Of a stretch of 64,000 bases of DNA, positions 40,719 to 48,644 are shown in pieces. The DNA lies in NCBI GenBank assembly GCA_039933775.1, contig JBDTNK010000002.1, positions 6,147 through 70,146 of the forward strand, written 5' to 3'. The notes below the pieces were generated by a model. The model did no database searches. It saw only the letters and a program-made list of their open reading frames with translations, and had not been told where the DNA came from. Source of the stretch: Chloroflexota bacterium. Its GTDB lineage: Bacteria; Chloroflexota; Limnocylindria; QHBO01. Each line of letters opens with the position of its first letter. Within the stretch, counting starts at the first letter, position 1. The position numbers and the translations under genes are program-made.

Positions 40719-41834
40719 CTACCCCCGCGGCGCCGACGCCCCGGGCTCGAAACGGGCGGCGCTCAGCTCGGGTGGAATCGGGCGGTCGCGCGTGCCCAGC
40801 ATCGCGTCGACGACGAGGCGCGCCGATGCGGGACCGGTCGAGATGCCCCATGGACCATGGCCGGCGCACACGAACATTCCCTCGCGGCCGGGCAGCGGAC
40901 CGATGAACGGCCGCCCGTCGACCGACTGCGGTCGCGCGCAGGCACGGATGTCGCGCACCGCCGCGGCGGCGAGGCCGGGCACGAACCCCTCACCGCGCTG
41001 CAGGAGGAGTGGCACGGCCTCGGCGGGATCCGGCTCGTCGGGGAAGAAGGTCGAGCCCAGCGTCGCGCGACCGCCGGCGACCGCGAGGCTGAAGAGCGCC
41101 TGGCGTTCCCCGGGGACGGACCAGCGCACCGCGCCGCCCACGATCGCGTCGTCGATCTCCGCCTCCTCCATGACGTGGTGCGCGGCGAGCGGCAGGTCGA
41201 GTGCCAGCGTCACGCCCCACGTGCGGCGGATCGGTTGCCACCTGCCCGACGGGTCGATGATCGCCGGCGTCCAGGGTCCCGCCGCGACGAGGATGGCGTC
41301 CGCGTCGAGGCGCTCACCGGTCTCGAGCACGACTCCGCGTCCGTGCAGCGCGGCCGCGGCACCGACGCGCAGCTCCACGCCGCCGCGTCCGGCACGCGAC
41401 GCCCACGCCGCCGTCGCCGCGTGCGGCGGAATCGGGTAGGCGGTCTCGAGCCGCATCGCGCTGACATCGGGTCCCAGGCACGGCTCGAGCAGGTCAGCTC
41501 GCTGGTGGAACGTCGGGTCGAGGTGGGGGAGGGTGGCGCGAAGCGCATCGGTCCTTGCTCGAAGGCCATCGGCATCGGTCGAGAGCAGGAGCAGGCCGGC
41601 GGGCTCGGGCGGGAAGCCGAGTCCGTCCAGGGTGGCGTAGTCGGCGACCGACGCGTCGAAGAGCGGCTCCAGGATCGGGTCGTACGGGTGCTGCACCGCC
41701 CCGAGGTTGCGCCCCGATGCGCCGGCACCGATCGCGGTCGCCTCGACCAGCGTGACGCGGACGCCACGCTCAGCCAGCATGGCCGCGGCCGCGCAGCCGA
41801 TGATTCCGCCGCCGATGACGATGACGTCGCGCAT
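40719..41834 (-). CDS. FAD-dependent oxidoreductase (DAO family; glycine/D-amino-acid oxidase-like)
   Basis: The N-terminus MRDVIVIGGGIIGCAAAAMLAERGVRVTLVE is a Rossmann GxGxxG motif, followed later by GHGPWGIS. TATTCT lies 8 nt upstream of the ATG. It converges on ybeY with a 1-nt gap. Confidence 0.8.
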   Translation of the reverse strand: MRDVIVIGGGIIGCAAAAMLAERGVRVTLVEATAIGAGASGRNLGAVQHPYDPILEPLFDASVADYATLDGLGFPPEPAGLLLLSTDADGLRARTDALRATLPHLDPTFHQRADLLEPCLGPDVSAMRLETAYPIPPHAATAAWASRAGRGGVELRVGAAAALHGRGVVLETGERLDADAILVAAGPWTPAIIDPSGRWQPIRRTWGVTLALDLPLAAHHVMEEAEIDDAIVGGAVRWSVPGERQALFSLAVAGGRATLGSTFFPDEPDPAEAVPLLLQRGEGFVPGLAAAAVRDIRACARPQSVDGRPFIGPLPGREGMFVCAGHGPWGISTGPASARLVVDAMLGTRDRPIPPELSAARFEPGASAPRG

Positions 41835-41931
41835 GGACCGTCAGAATACTGTGGCGCGCGTCGCGTTCGTGGACGGCCGAGCATCGAACCAGCAACCGAG
41901 GAACGGATTCGCGCACGAAGGAGCAGATCAC

Positions 41932-42483
41932 GTGACAACACCTGACCAGGCAACCCGGACGCAGATCGCGAACATCGAGCGCGCGACGGGCCGCGGCTTC
42001 GCCGCATGGATCGAGACGGTTCGCGCCAGCGGTCTCGCACGGCATGGCGAGATCGTCGCGTTGCTGAAACGCGATCACGGATTCACCCACGGCAACGCGA
42101 ACCTCGTCGCGTTGCGCGCCCTCGACGAGCACGGCTCGCTGCAGGATGACGAAGCGCTGATCATGAGCCACTACGCGGGCAAGAACGCTGGACTGCGACC
42201 GCTCTACGACCGGGTCATCGCCGGGGTTCGCGACTTTGGCCCGGACATCGAGCTCGCGCCGAAGAAGACCTATGTCAGCCTGCGCCGCCGCAAGCAGTTT
42301 GCCCAGGTCGGCCCGGCGACCGGGGGCCGCCTGGAGATCGGTCTCAACCTGCCGGACGCGCCGGTCGCCGGGCGGCTCGAGGCGGCATCGGGCATGGTCA
42401 ACCGTCGGGTGCGGATCCAGACGCTGGACGAGATCGACGGCGGGATCCTGGGCTGGCTGCGCGAGGCGTACGAGGGCGCCTGA
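41932..42483 (+). CDS. DUF4287/DUF5655-like protein
   Basis: GTG 41932 follows GAAGGAG. The sequence is IANIERATGRGFAAWIETVRASGLARHGEIVALLKRDHGFTHGNANLVA...KKTYVSLRRRKQFAQV. Confidence 0.6.
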   Translation: MTTPDQATRTQIANIERATGRGFAAWIETVRASGLARHGEIVALLKRDHGFTHGNANLVALRALDEHGSLQDDEALIMSHYAGKNAGLRPLYDRVIAGVRDFGPDIELAPKKTYVSLRRRKQFAQVGPATGGRLEIGLNLPDAPVAGRLEAASGMVNRRVRIQTLDEIDGGILGWLREAYEGA

Positions 42484-42486
42484 GCG

Positions 42487-42975
42487 TCACGGCCGGCGGA
42501 ACGCCAGCACCGAGATCACGATTCCAGCCACGAGCAGGCCGAGCAGACCCAGGGTGCCCAGCGGCAAGCCCTCGTCCGGATCGGCCGTCGCAAAGCCGGC
42601 GGGCAGACGCCATGCGAGGTCGATGCTGCCGGCCATGCCGCTGCCGTCGTTCCACTCGACGCAGACGAAGCGCATCGGTTCCGGCGGCGGCGCACCCGGC
42701 CCAGCCCCGAAGTCGCTGGGAACGATGGCGTCGGCGGTGATCCAGACATGGCCGGGCCGGTTCGCTTCGGGTCCGCTGCCGAACTGTTCCAGGCCCAGCG
42801 CGGCGAGTGTCGTCGTGCCGTTGAATGCCAGCGACGCCTCGTTGCACGGGGACATCGCCTCCGGATCGACCGGGTTGACGACCGGCAGGGCCGCGCGGGC
42901 GGTCCCGCACGCGGACAGGGCGATCAGCATGGCAAGGACGCCGAGCAGACGAGCGAAGCCTCGCATGGGCGCCAT
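42487..42975 (-). CDS. Putative lipoprotein with an additional C-terminal hydrophobic anchor
   Basis: A signal peptide with lipobox is present (ARLLGVLAMLIALSAC). The C-terminus is GLPLGTLGLLGLLVAGIVISVLAFRRP. An alternative leaderless start is ATG 42966, 7 nt after TAGCAT. Confidence 0.6.
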   Translation of the reverse strand: MAPMRGFARLLGVLAMLIALSACGTARAALPVVNPVDPEAMSPCNEASLAFNGTTTLAALGLEQFGSGPEANRPGHVWITADAIVPSDFGAGPGAPPPEPMRFVCVEWNDGSGMAGSIDLAWRLPAGFATADPDEGLPLGTLGLLGLLVAGIVISVLAFRRP

Positions 42976-43007
42976 GCTACTCGCAGGCCGTTACCATCGC
43001 CGCTGAG

Positions 43008-43595
43008 ATGAAGGTGATCTGCGGCCTGGGCAATCCGGGCGAACGCTACCGCCTGACGCGTCACAACATCGGCTTCCGGGTGGTGGAGCTCCTGGCGGAC
43101 CGATGGGCCCTCACGGGCCAGGGACGCGTGAAGGACGGTGCCGCCCTGCTCGACGCGCGGCGCGACGGGCCTGACGGCAGGGTGCTGCTCGTGAAGCCGA
43201 TGCGCTTCATGAATGCTTCCGGCGCTCCCCTGCGCGCAGCCATGCGCCAGTCCGAGGCCGACGCGGCCTCGGACCTGCTCGTGATCGCCGACGACGTCGA
43301 CCTGCCGCTCGGCCGGCTGCGCCTGCGTCGCTCCGGATCGGCCGGCGGCCACAATGGGCTGCGCGACATCATCGCCGCCTTCGGCTCCAGCGAATTCGCG
43401 CGCCTCCGCGTGGGCATCGGCCGCGGCGGCGAGACGGTCGACCACGTGCTGGCCACGTTCAAGCCCGACGAGCGCGACGTGGCGACCGAGGCGATCGCCA
43501 CCGCCGCGGACGCGGCGGAACGCTGGCTGCGCGACGGCATCGACGAGGCCATGAACGCGTACAACGGCGTGGACCTGGACGCACCGATCGCCTGA
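43008..43595 (+). CDS. pth: Peptidyl-tRNA hydrolase
   Basis: The sequence is MKVICGLGNPGERYRLTRHNIGF...GSAGGHNGLRDI. Confidence 0.92.
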   Translation: MKVICGLGNPGERYRLTRHNIGFRVVELLADRWALTGQGRVKDGAALLDARRDGPDGRVLLVKPMRFMNASGAPLRAAMRQSEADAASDLLVIADDVDLPLGRLRLRRSGSAGGHNGLRDIIAAFGSSEFARLRVGIGRGGETVDHVLATFKPDERDVATEAIATAADAAERWLRDGIDEAMNAYNGVDLDAPIA

Positions 43596-43617
43596 GCGGC
43601 GGTACCATTCGCGGTCC

Positions 43618-46600
43618 ATGTCCTCGTCCCGCGGCGGCGGCGCCGGCCGCGTCGCCGCGCTGATCCACGACCTCGCCGCCGGCACGCCGGCGGCGGGGCG
43701 GTTGCGCGTGCCCGCCGCCGCGCGCGCCGCGCACATCGCTGCTCGCCGCTCGGGCGTGCCCGCGACGCATCCGGTGATCGTGGTCGCTCGAACCGAGGAC
43801 GAGGCGCACCGGCTTGCCGATGACCTCGTGGCCTGGCTTCCCGAGGGCCACGTGCGCGTGCTCGCCGAGCGTGCTGCCCTGCCGCTGGAACGGGCGCTGG
43901 TGGAGCACGAGGAGTCAGCCGAGCGGCTCGACGTGCTCGCCGAGCTGGTCGACGCCCGGCGCAACCTGGTGGTCGTGGCGCCGCTGCTGGCGCTCGTGCA
44001 GCGGACGCTCTCGCCGGGGCAGCTGCGCGACGGCCGCATGTCGCTGTCGGTTGGCGAGCGCGTCGCGCAACGCGGCCTGCTCACCGCGCTCGTGACCGGC
44101 GGCTACGAGGCCGCGGTCGAGGTCAGCGGGGTCGGCGAGTTCGCCAATCGCGGCGGCATCATCGACGTCTGGCCGCCGGGCGCGCCAGAGCCGCTGCGCA
44201 TCGAGCTGTTCGGCGACGAGGTGGAGTCGATCCGCACCTTCGATCCGGTGACGCAGGGCAGCCGACGGCGTCACGACGCCGCCACGCTGCTGCCGGCAAG
44301 CGAGTTCCTGCCGCCATCGGGCTGGGCGTCGCTGCCCGACACGGCCCCGCGGCGGCGTTCCGAGCTGCTCGACGCCGATCTCGCGAAGCTCGAGCAGGGT
44401 GACCTGGACGAGGCGGCCGAGACCTGGGCCGCTCTGCTGACCGCCGGCCCGACGACCGCTCATCTGCCCACGGCGGCGCACATCGTGCTCACCGATCCCG
44501 GCGAGCTTGCCGGCGTGGCGGATGCGCTCGACGCGCAGGCCACCGAACGGCGCGCCGGCCTGGCCGAGATCGGGGAGCTGCCGGCTGACTGGCCGCTGCC
44601 GTACGCCGCCGCGGCCGCGCTGGCCGAGCTCAGCGGGCGCGCCAGCGAGGTGCTCGACGAACAGGACGGCGTGGACGGCGGCTACCACTCGGCACCCCTG
44701 CTGGCGGGTCGAGCCGATCAGCTCGGCCGCTGGCTGAGCGATCTCGCGAGCACGCACGGCGGCATCGTCATCACGACCGACCAGGCAAGCAGGGTCGCGG
44801 AGCTGCTCGACGAGACGGGCCGGGCGGTCGGGGCCGGCGCCGAGCTGCGCGAGCGTCCGGCGCCGGGTGGTATCGGGCTGGTGCACGGATCATTGACCGG
44901 CGGGTTCATCCACGATGTGAGCGGCCTTGCCGTGCTCACGGACCGGGAGCTCTTCGGTGCCTCGCGCGTCCGGCGGCTGACGCCGTCAAAGCGCGTCGTG
45001 ACGCGCGACCTGATCGGCAAGCTGACGCCGAATGACCTCGTCGTCCACGTCGACCATGGGATTGCCCGCTACGCCGGGATGACGCAGCGCGAATTCTCTG
45101 GCGCCACCAAGGAGTACCTGCAGCTCGACTTCGCCGGCGATGACAAGATCTTCCTGCCCGCCGACCAGATCGGGCGTATCACCCGCTACTCCGGCGGCAC
45201 CGCACCGGGGCTCAGCAAGCTGGGCGGCACCGACTGGGAGCGCACGAAGCGCCGCGTGCGTGCCGCTGCCCAGGACCTGGCCGGCGAGCTGATCGAGATC
45301 TACGCCGCGCGTGAATCGGCACCGGGGAACGCCTTCGGGCCCGATACGCCCTGGCAGCGCGAGCTCGAAGATGCGTTCCCGTACACCGAGACGCCCGACC
45401 AGCAGCGGACGATCGAGGAGGTCAAGGCCGACATGATGAAGCGACGGCCGATGGACCGGCTGGTGTGCGGCGACGTTGGCTACGGCAAGACCGAAGTTGC
45501 CCTGCGCGCGGCGTTCAAGGCGGTGCAGGAAGGGAAGCAGGTCGCGGTCCTGGTCCCGACGACCGTCCTGGCGCAGCAGCACCAGCTGACCTTCACGCGA
45601 CGCCTGGCGCCGTTCCCGGTCAGGATCGAGATGCTCAGCCGCTTCGTGGCCAAGAAGCGACAGACGGAGATCGTGGCAGGCGTCGAAGAGGGCAGGGTCG
45701 ACATCCTGATCGGGACGCATCGGATCCTGAGCAAGGACATCCACTTCTCCGACCTTGGACTGCTGGTGGTGGATGAGGAGCAGCGATTCGGCGTCACGCA
45801 CAAGGAACGCATCAAGGCGATGCGTCGCGAGGTCGACGTTCTGACGCTATCGGCGACGCCCATTCCGCGCACCCTGCATCTCAGCCTGGTGGGGATTCGC
45901 GACCTGTCGGTGATCGAGACGCCACCCGAGGCGCGCCTGCCGATCCAGACCCGCATCGCCGAGGACGACGACGGCCTGGTGCGTGACGCGATCAACCGCG
46001 AGATCGACCGGGGCGGGCAGGTCTTCTTCGTTCACAACCGCGTCGAGACGATCGAGGCGGCGGCCGAGCGCGTGCGCCGCCTCGTGCCGCGCGCCCGGGT
46101 GGCCATCGGTCATGGACAGATGGCGGAGGGGATGCTCGAGCGGGTGATGCTCGACTTCGACGCCGGCAGGTTCGACGTCCTCGTGTGCACCACCATCATC
46201 GAGTCCGGGCTCGACATCCCGAACGCGAACACGATCATCATCAGCCGCGCCGACACGTTCGGGCTGGCGCAGCTCTACCAGCTCCGCGGACGCGTCGGGC
46301 GCTCGGACCGGCGGGCCTATGCCTACCTGCTGCACCGCCGCGGCACGCCGCTCAGCGCCATCGCCCGCAAGCGGCTGCACGCCATCTTCAGCGCCTCGGA
46401 TCTCGGGGCCGGATACCAGATTGCGCTCAGCGACCTCGAGATTCGGGGTGCCGGCAATATCCTGGGCGCCGAGCAGCACGGGCACATGGCGGCGGTCGGC
46501 TTCGAGCTCTACACCCGCATGCTGGCCGAGGCGGTCGACCTGCTGCGCGGACGCGTTGTCGCGCCCGAGGCGGCACCGGTGCGCCTGGACCTGCCCGGAT

Positions 46601-47016
46601 CCGCCTACCTGCCCGATGCCTACATCGCCGACGCCGGCGCCAAGCTCGAGATGTACCGCAGCTTCGCCCACGTCAGGACCGATGCCGACGCCGAGGCGCT
46701 GCGCACCACCTTGCGCGACCGCTTCGGACCGATTCCGGAACCGGTGGAGGGGCTCTTCACCGCGGTCTCGATGCGCATCGCGGCGGAGGCGGCGCATGTT
46801 CCCGAGGTCCGCGTCGACGACACGTCGGTGGTGCTGAAATGGCCACGCTTCGACCGCCAGCGGGTTTCGCTGGCGCTCCAGGTCGCCGGCTTCCGCCCCG
46901 CGATCGCGTCGAACCAGGTGCGAATCAGCGTGCCGCGCGGCCGCGATCCGGTCGACACCGCGCGCCGCGCGCTCGCGGCGCTGGCCGCGCCGGACGCAGT
47001 CCCAGCCGGCCTCTGA
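43618..47016 (+). CDS. mfd: Transcription-repair coupling factor Mfd
   Basis: 1132 aa. The helicase motifs are CGDVGYGKTEVA, LVVDEEQRFG, TATPIPRT and QLRGRVGRS. The TRG region is LEIRGAGNILGAEQHG. Confidence 0.95.
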   Translation: MSSSRGGGAGRVAALIHDLAAGTPAAGRLRVPAAARAAHIAARRSGVPATHPVIVVARTEDEAHRLADDLVAWLPEGHVRVLAERAALPLERALVEHEESAERLDVLAELVDARRNLVVVAPLLALVQRTLSPGQLRDGRMSLSVGERVAQRGLLTALVTGGYEAAVEVSGVGEFANRGGIIDVWPPGAPEPLRIELFGDEVESIRTFDPVTQGSRRRHDAATLLPASEFLPPSGWASLPDTAPRRRSELLDADLAKLEQGDLDEAAETWAALLTAGPTTAHLPTAAHIVLTDPGELAGVADALDAQATERRAGLAEIGELPADWPLPYAAAAALAELSGRASEVLDEQDGVDGGYHSAPLLAGRADQLGRWLSDLASTHGGIVITTDQASRVAELLDETGRAVGAGAELRERPAPGGIGLVHGSLTGGFIHDVSGLAVLTDRELFGASRVRRLTPSKRVVTRDLIGKLTPNDLVVHVDHGIARYAGMTQREFSGATKEYLQLDFAGDDKIFLPADQIGRITRYSGGTAPGLSKLGGTDWERTKRRVRAAAQDLAGELIEIYAARESAPGNAFGPDTPWQRELEDAFPYTETPDQQRTIEEVKADMMKRRPMDRLVCGDVGYGKTEVALRAAFKAVQEGKQVAVLVPTTVLAQQHQLTFTRRLAPFPVRIEMLSRFVAKKRQTEIVAGVEEGRVDILIGTHRILSKDIHFSDLGLLVVDEEQRFGVTHKERIKAMRREVDVLTLSATPIPRTLHLSLVGIRDLSVIETPPEARLPIQTRIAEDDDGLVRDAINREIDRGGQVFFVHNRVETIEAAAERVRRLVPRARVAIGHGQMAEGMLERVMLDFDAGRFDVLVCTTIIESGLDIPNANTIIISRADTFGLAQLYQLRGRVGRSDRRAYAYLLHRRGTPLSAIARKRLHAIFSASDLGAGYQIALSDLEIRGAGNILGAEQHGHMAAVGFELYTRMLAEAVDLLRGRVVAPEAAPVRLDLPGSAYLPDAYIADAGAKLEMYRSFAHVRTDADAEALRTTLRDRFGPIPEPVEGLFTAVSMRIAAEAAHVPEVRVDDTSVVLKWPRFDRQRVSLALQVAGFRPAIASNQVRISVPRGRDPVDTARRALAALAAPDAVPAGL

Positions 47017-47043
47017 TACGGCCAATGTGCTACCATGTTGCAC

Positions 47044-47334
47044 ATGGATCGAATCGGTATCCGCGAGCTGCGCCAGAACGCCAGCGAGTACATCAGGCGT
47101 GCGGCACAGGGCGAAACGATCGAGGTGACCGATCGCGGTCGCCCGGTAGCGCGTTTGTCCCCGCTGCCGAAGGCCGAAAGCGTTCTTGATCGCCTGATCG
47201 CCGAGGGAAAGGCAACGGCAGCCAAGGGCGACCTACGTGCCGCCGTGAAATCGCTGAAACCTGCCGCGCCGATTCCCGGCCAGCCGTGGATCTCGCAAAT
47301 TCTTGACGAGTTGCGCGAGGAGCGGCTTCCCTGA
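47044..47334 (+). CDS. Phd/YefM-family type II antitoxin
   Basis: The sequence is MDRIGIRELRQNASEYIRRAAQGETIEVTDRGRPVARLSPL. TACCAT (47031-47036) lies 7 nt upstream. The track start is ATG 47035. Confidence 0.8.
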   Translation: MDRIGIRELRQNASEYIRRAAQGETIEVTDRGRPVARLSPLPKAESVLDRLIAEGKATAAKGDLRAAVKSLKPAAPIPGQPWISQILDELREERLP

Positions 47335-47335
47335 C

Positions 47336-47728
47336 GTGAGCGTCGCTTACCTCGACTCGTCGGCATTTCTGAAGCTCGTATTCGCCGAGCCAGAATCTGC
47401 GGCCCTGGCCGAGTGGGTGCAAGCGTGGCCGCAGCAAGCATCGAGCCAGTTGCTTCGGCTAGAAGCATTTCGTGCGGTACGTCGCTTCCGCCCTGACCTG
47501 CTCGGCGAACTAAGGGTGTTGCTCACGGGTATTGACCTGGTCACCGTCAGTGACGATCTGCTGGAAACGGCTGGCTCGCTCGAACCGTTGACGCTTCGCG
47601 CGCTTGATGCGATCCATCTCGCGACGGCGCTGGCATTACGTAACGATCTCGGCGCAGTCGTCACCTATGACCGCCGGATGATCGAGGCGGCACACCAACT
47701 CGGACTTCCGGTAGCCTCTCCAGCGTGA
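47336..47728 (+). CDS. vapC: PIN-domain toxin VapC
   Basis: GTG lies 1 nt after the antitoxin stop. The four acidic PIN residues are present in context: YLDSSA, LRLEAFRA, ALDAIHLATA and TYDRRM. Confidence 0.8.
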   Translation: MSVAYLDSSAFLKLVFAEPESAALAEWVQAWPQQASSQLLRLEAFRAVRRFRPDLLGELRVLLTGIDLVTVSDDLLETAGSLEPLTLRALDAIHLATALALRNDLGAVVTYDRRMIEAAHQLGLPVASPA

Positions 47729-48099
47729 CCGAGCCCACACGAGCAACCACTCTTCGTGTCGCAACGATCCGCCACTACCTCGAGGCGCTCCGCGCCAATC
47801 AGTTGGTTGCGGCCGCGACAGAGCTGACGCATCGCGAGAGGCTCGCCGACTTCCTTCGAACCGCGGCAAAGGAACTCGGCTTCGGCGCCGTTAACGTGAA
47901 CGCCGAACTCAGCCTGAAGCTCATCGGCAAGCCGGACTTCCAGGTCGCGAACGCCAACGGTGCGCCTATTGGCTACGGCGAGACGAAGCCCATGGGAACC
48001 GCCGCGGTGCGCGAGTCGATCGCGCTGGCTCAGCCGTTGAACGACGCACTGGAATCGGTCCTTGAATCGGTGGCTCCTCTGGGCACCGGCGCGACATGA
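47725..48099 (+). CDS. Small PD-(D/E)xK-motif protein resembling the N-terminal domain of restriction/modification enzymes; possibly a gene fragment
   Basis: GTGA overlap with vapC and ATGA overlap with the next gene. The sequence is THRERLADFLRTAAKELGFGAVNVNAELSLKLIGKPDFQVANANGAPIGYGETKPMG, with PD...ExK spacing as in HsdR_N-type domains. The similarity ends after ETK. Confidence 0.5.
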   Translation: MTEPTRATTLRVATIRHYLEALRANQLVAAATELTHRERLADFLRTAAKELGFGAVNVNAELSLKLIGKPDFQVANANGAPIGYGETKPMGTAAVRESIALAQPLNDALESVLESVAPLGTGAT

Positions 48100-48644
48100 C
48101 GAATCGCGAAGGTCACCCTGACGCGGCAGACCGCGTCCGCCTCCGCGAGATCACGCTTGACGACGTCGACCTCGTCGACGCCTGGCAGGCGGATCCGGTC
48201 GCGACGGGTGAGTTCAACGATTTCGGCGGCGAATCGCGGACGATCCGCCCCGGCGTGGAAGAGGGCCGCATGCTCCACGAGAACGGCGGAATGCTGATCG
48301 TCGAGCGCCTCGAGGATGGCGAGCCGATCGGAACGGTTGGCTGGCACCGGGTGCACTACGGCCCAAACGACCTGTCGCGCGCCTGGAACATCGGAATCAG
48401 CCTGGTGCCCGAGGCGCGCGGCCACGGCTACGGCGTCGAGGCGCAGCGTCAGGCGGCCGACTACCTCTTCACGACGACCGATGCGAACCGCGTCGAGGCC
48501 TCGACCGACATCGAGAACCTGCCCGAGCAGCGTGCGCTCGACAAGGCGGGATTCGTCCGCGAGGGTATTAACCGCGGGGCGCAGTGGCGCGCCGGGGCGC
48601 ACCACGATCTCGTGGTCTATTCGAGGCTGCGCGGGGATGCCTGA
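48096..48644 (+). CDS. GNAT-family N-acetyltransferase (RimJ/RimL-like)
   Basis: The sequence is VRLREITLDDVDLVDAW...WNIGISLVPEARGHGYGVEAQRQAADYLF...NRVEASTDIENLPEQRALDKAGFVREG. Confidence 0.82.
   Translation: MTNREGHPDAADRVRLREITLDDVDLVDAWQADPVATGEFNDFGGESRTIRPGVEEGRMLHENGGMLIVERLEDGEPIGTVGWHRVHYGPNDLSRAWNIGISLVPEARGHGYGVEAQRQAADYLFTTTDANRVEASTDIENLPEQRALDKAGFVREGINRGAQWRAGAHHDLVVYSRLRGDA

Noticed and set aside
40185-41945. 586-aa plus-strand ORF overlapping ybeY out of frame and lying opposite the FAD oxidoreductase gene
   Set aside because: Its 3' two-thirds are antisense to a gene with a clear GxGxxG Rossmann start. The translation is Arg/Pro/Ala-rich.
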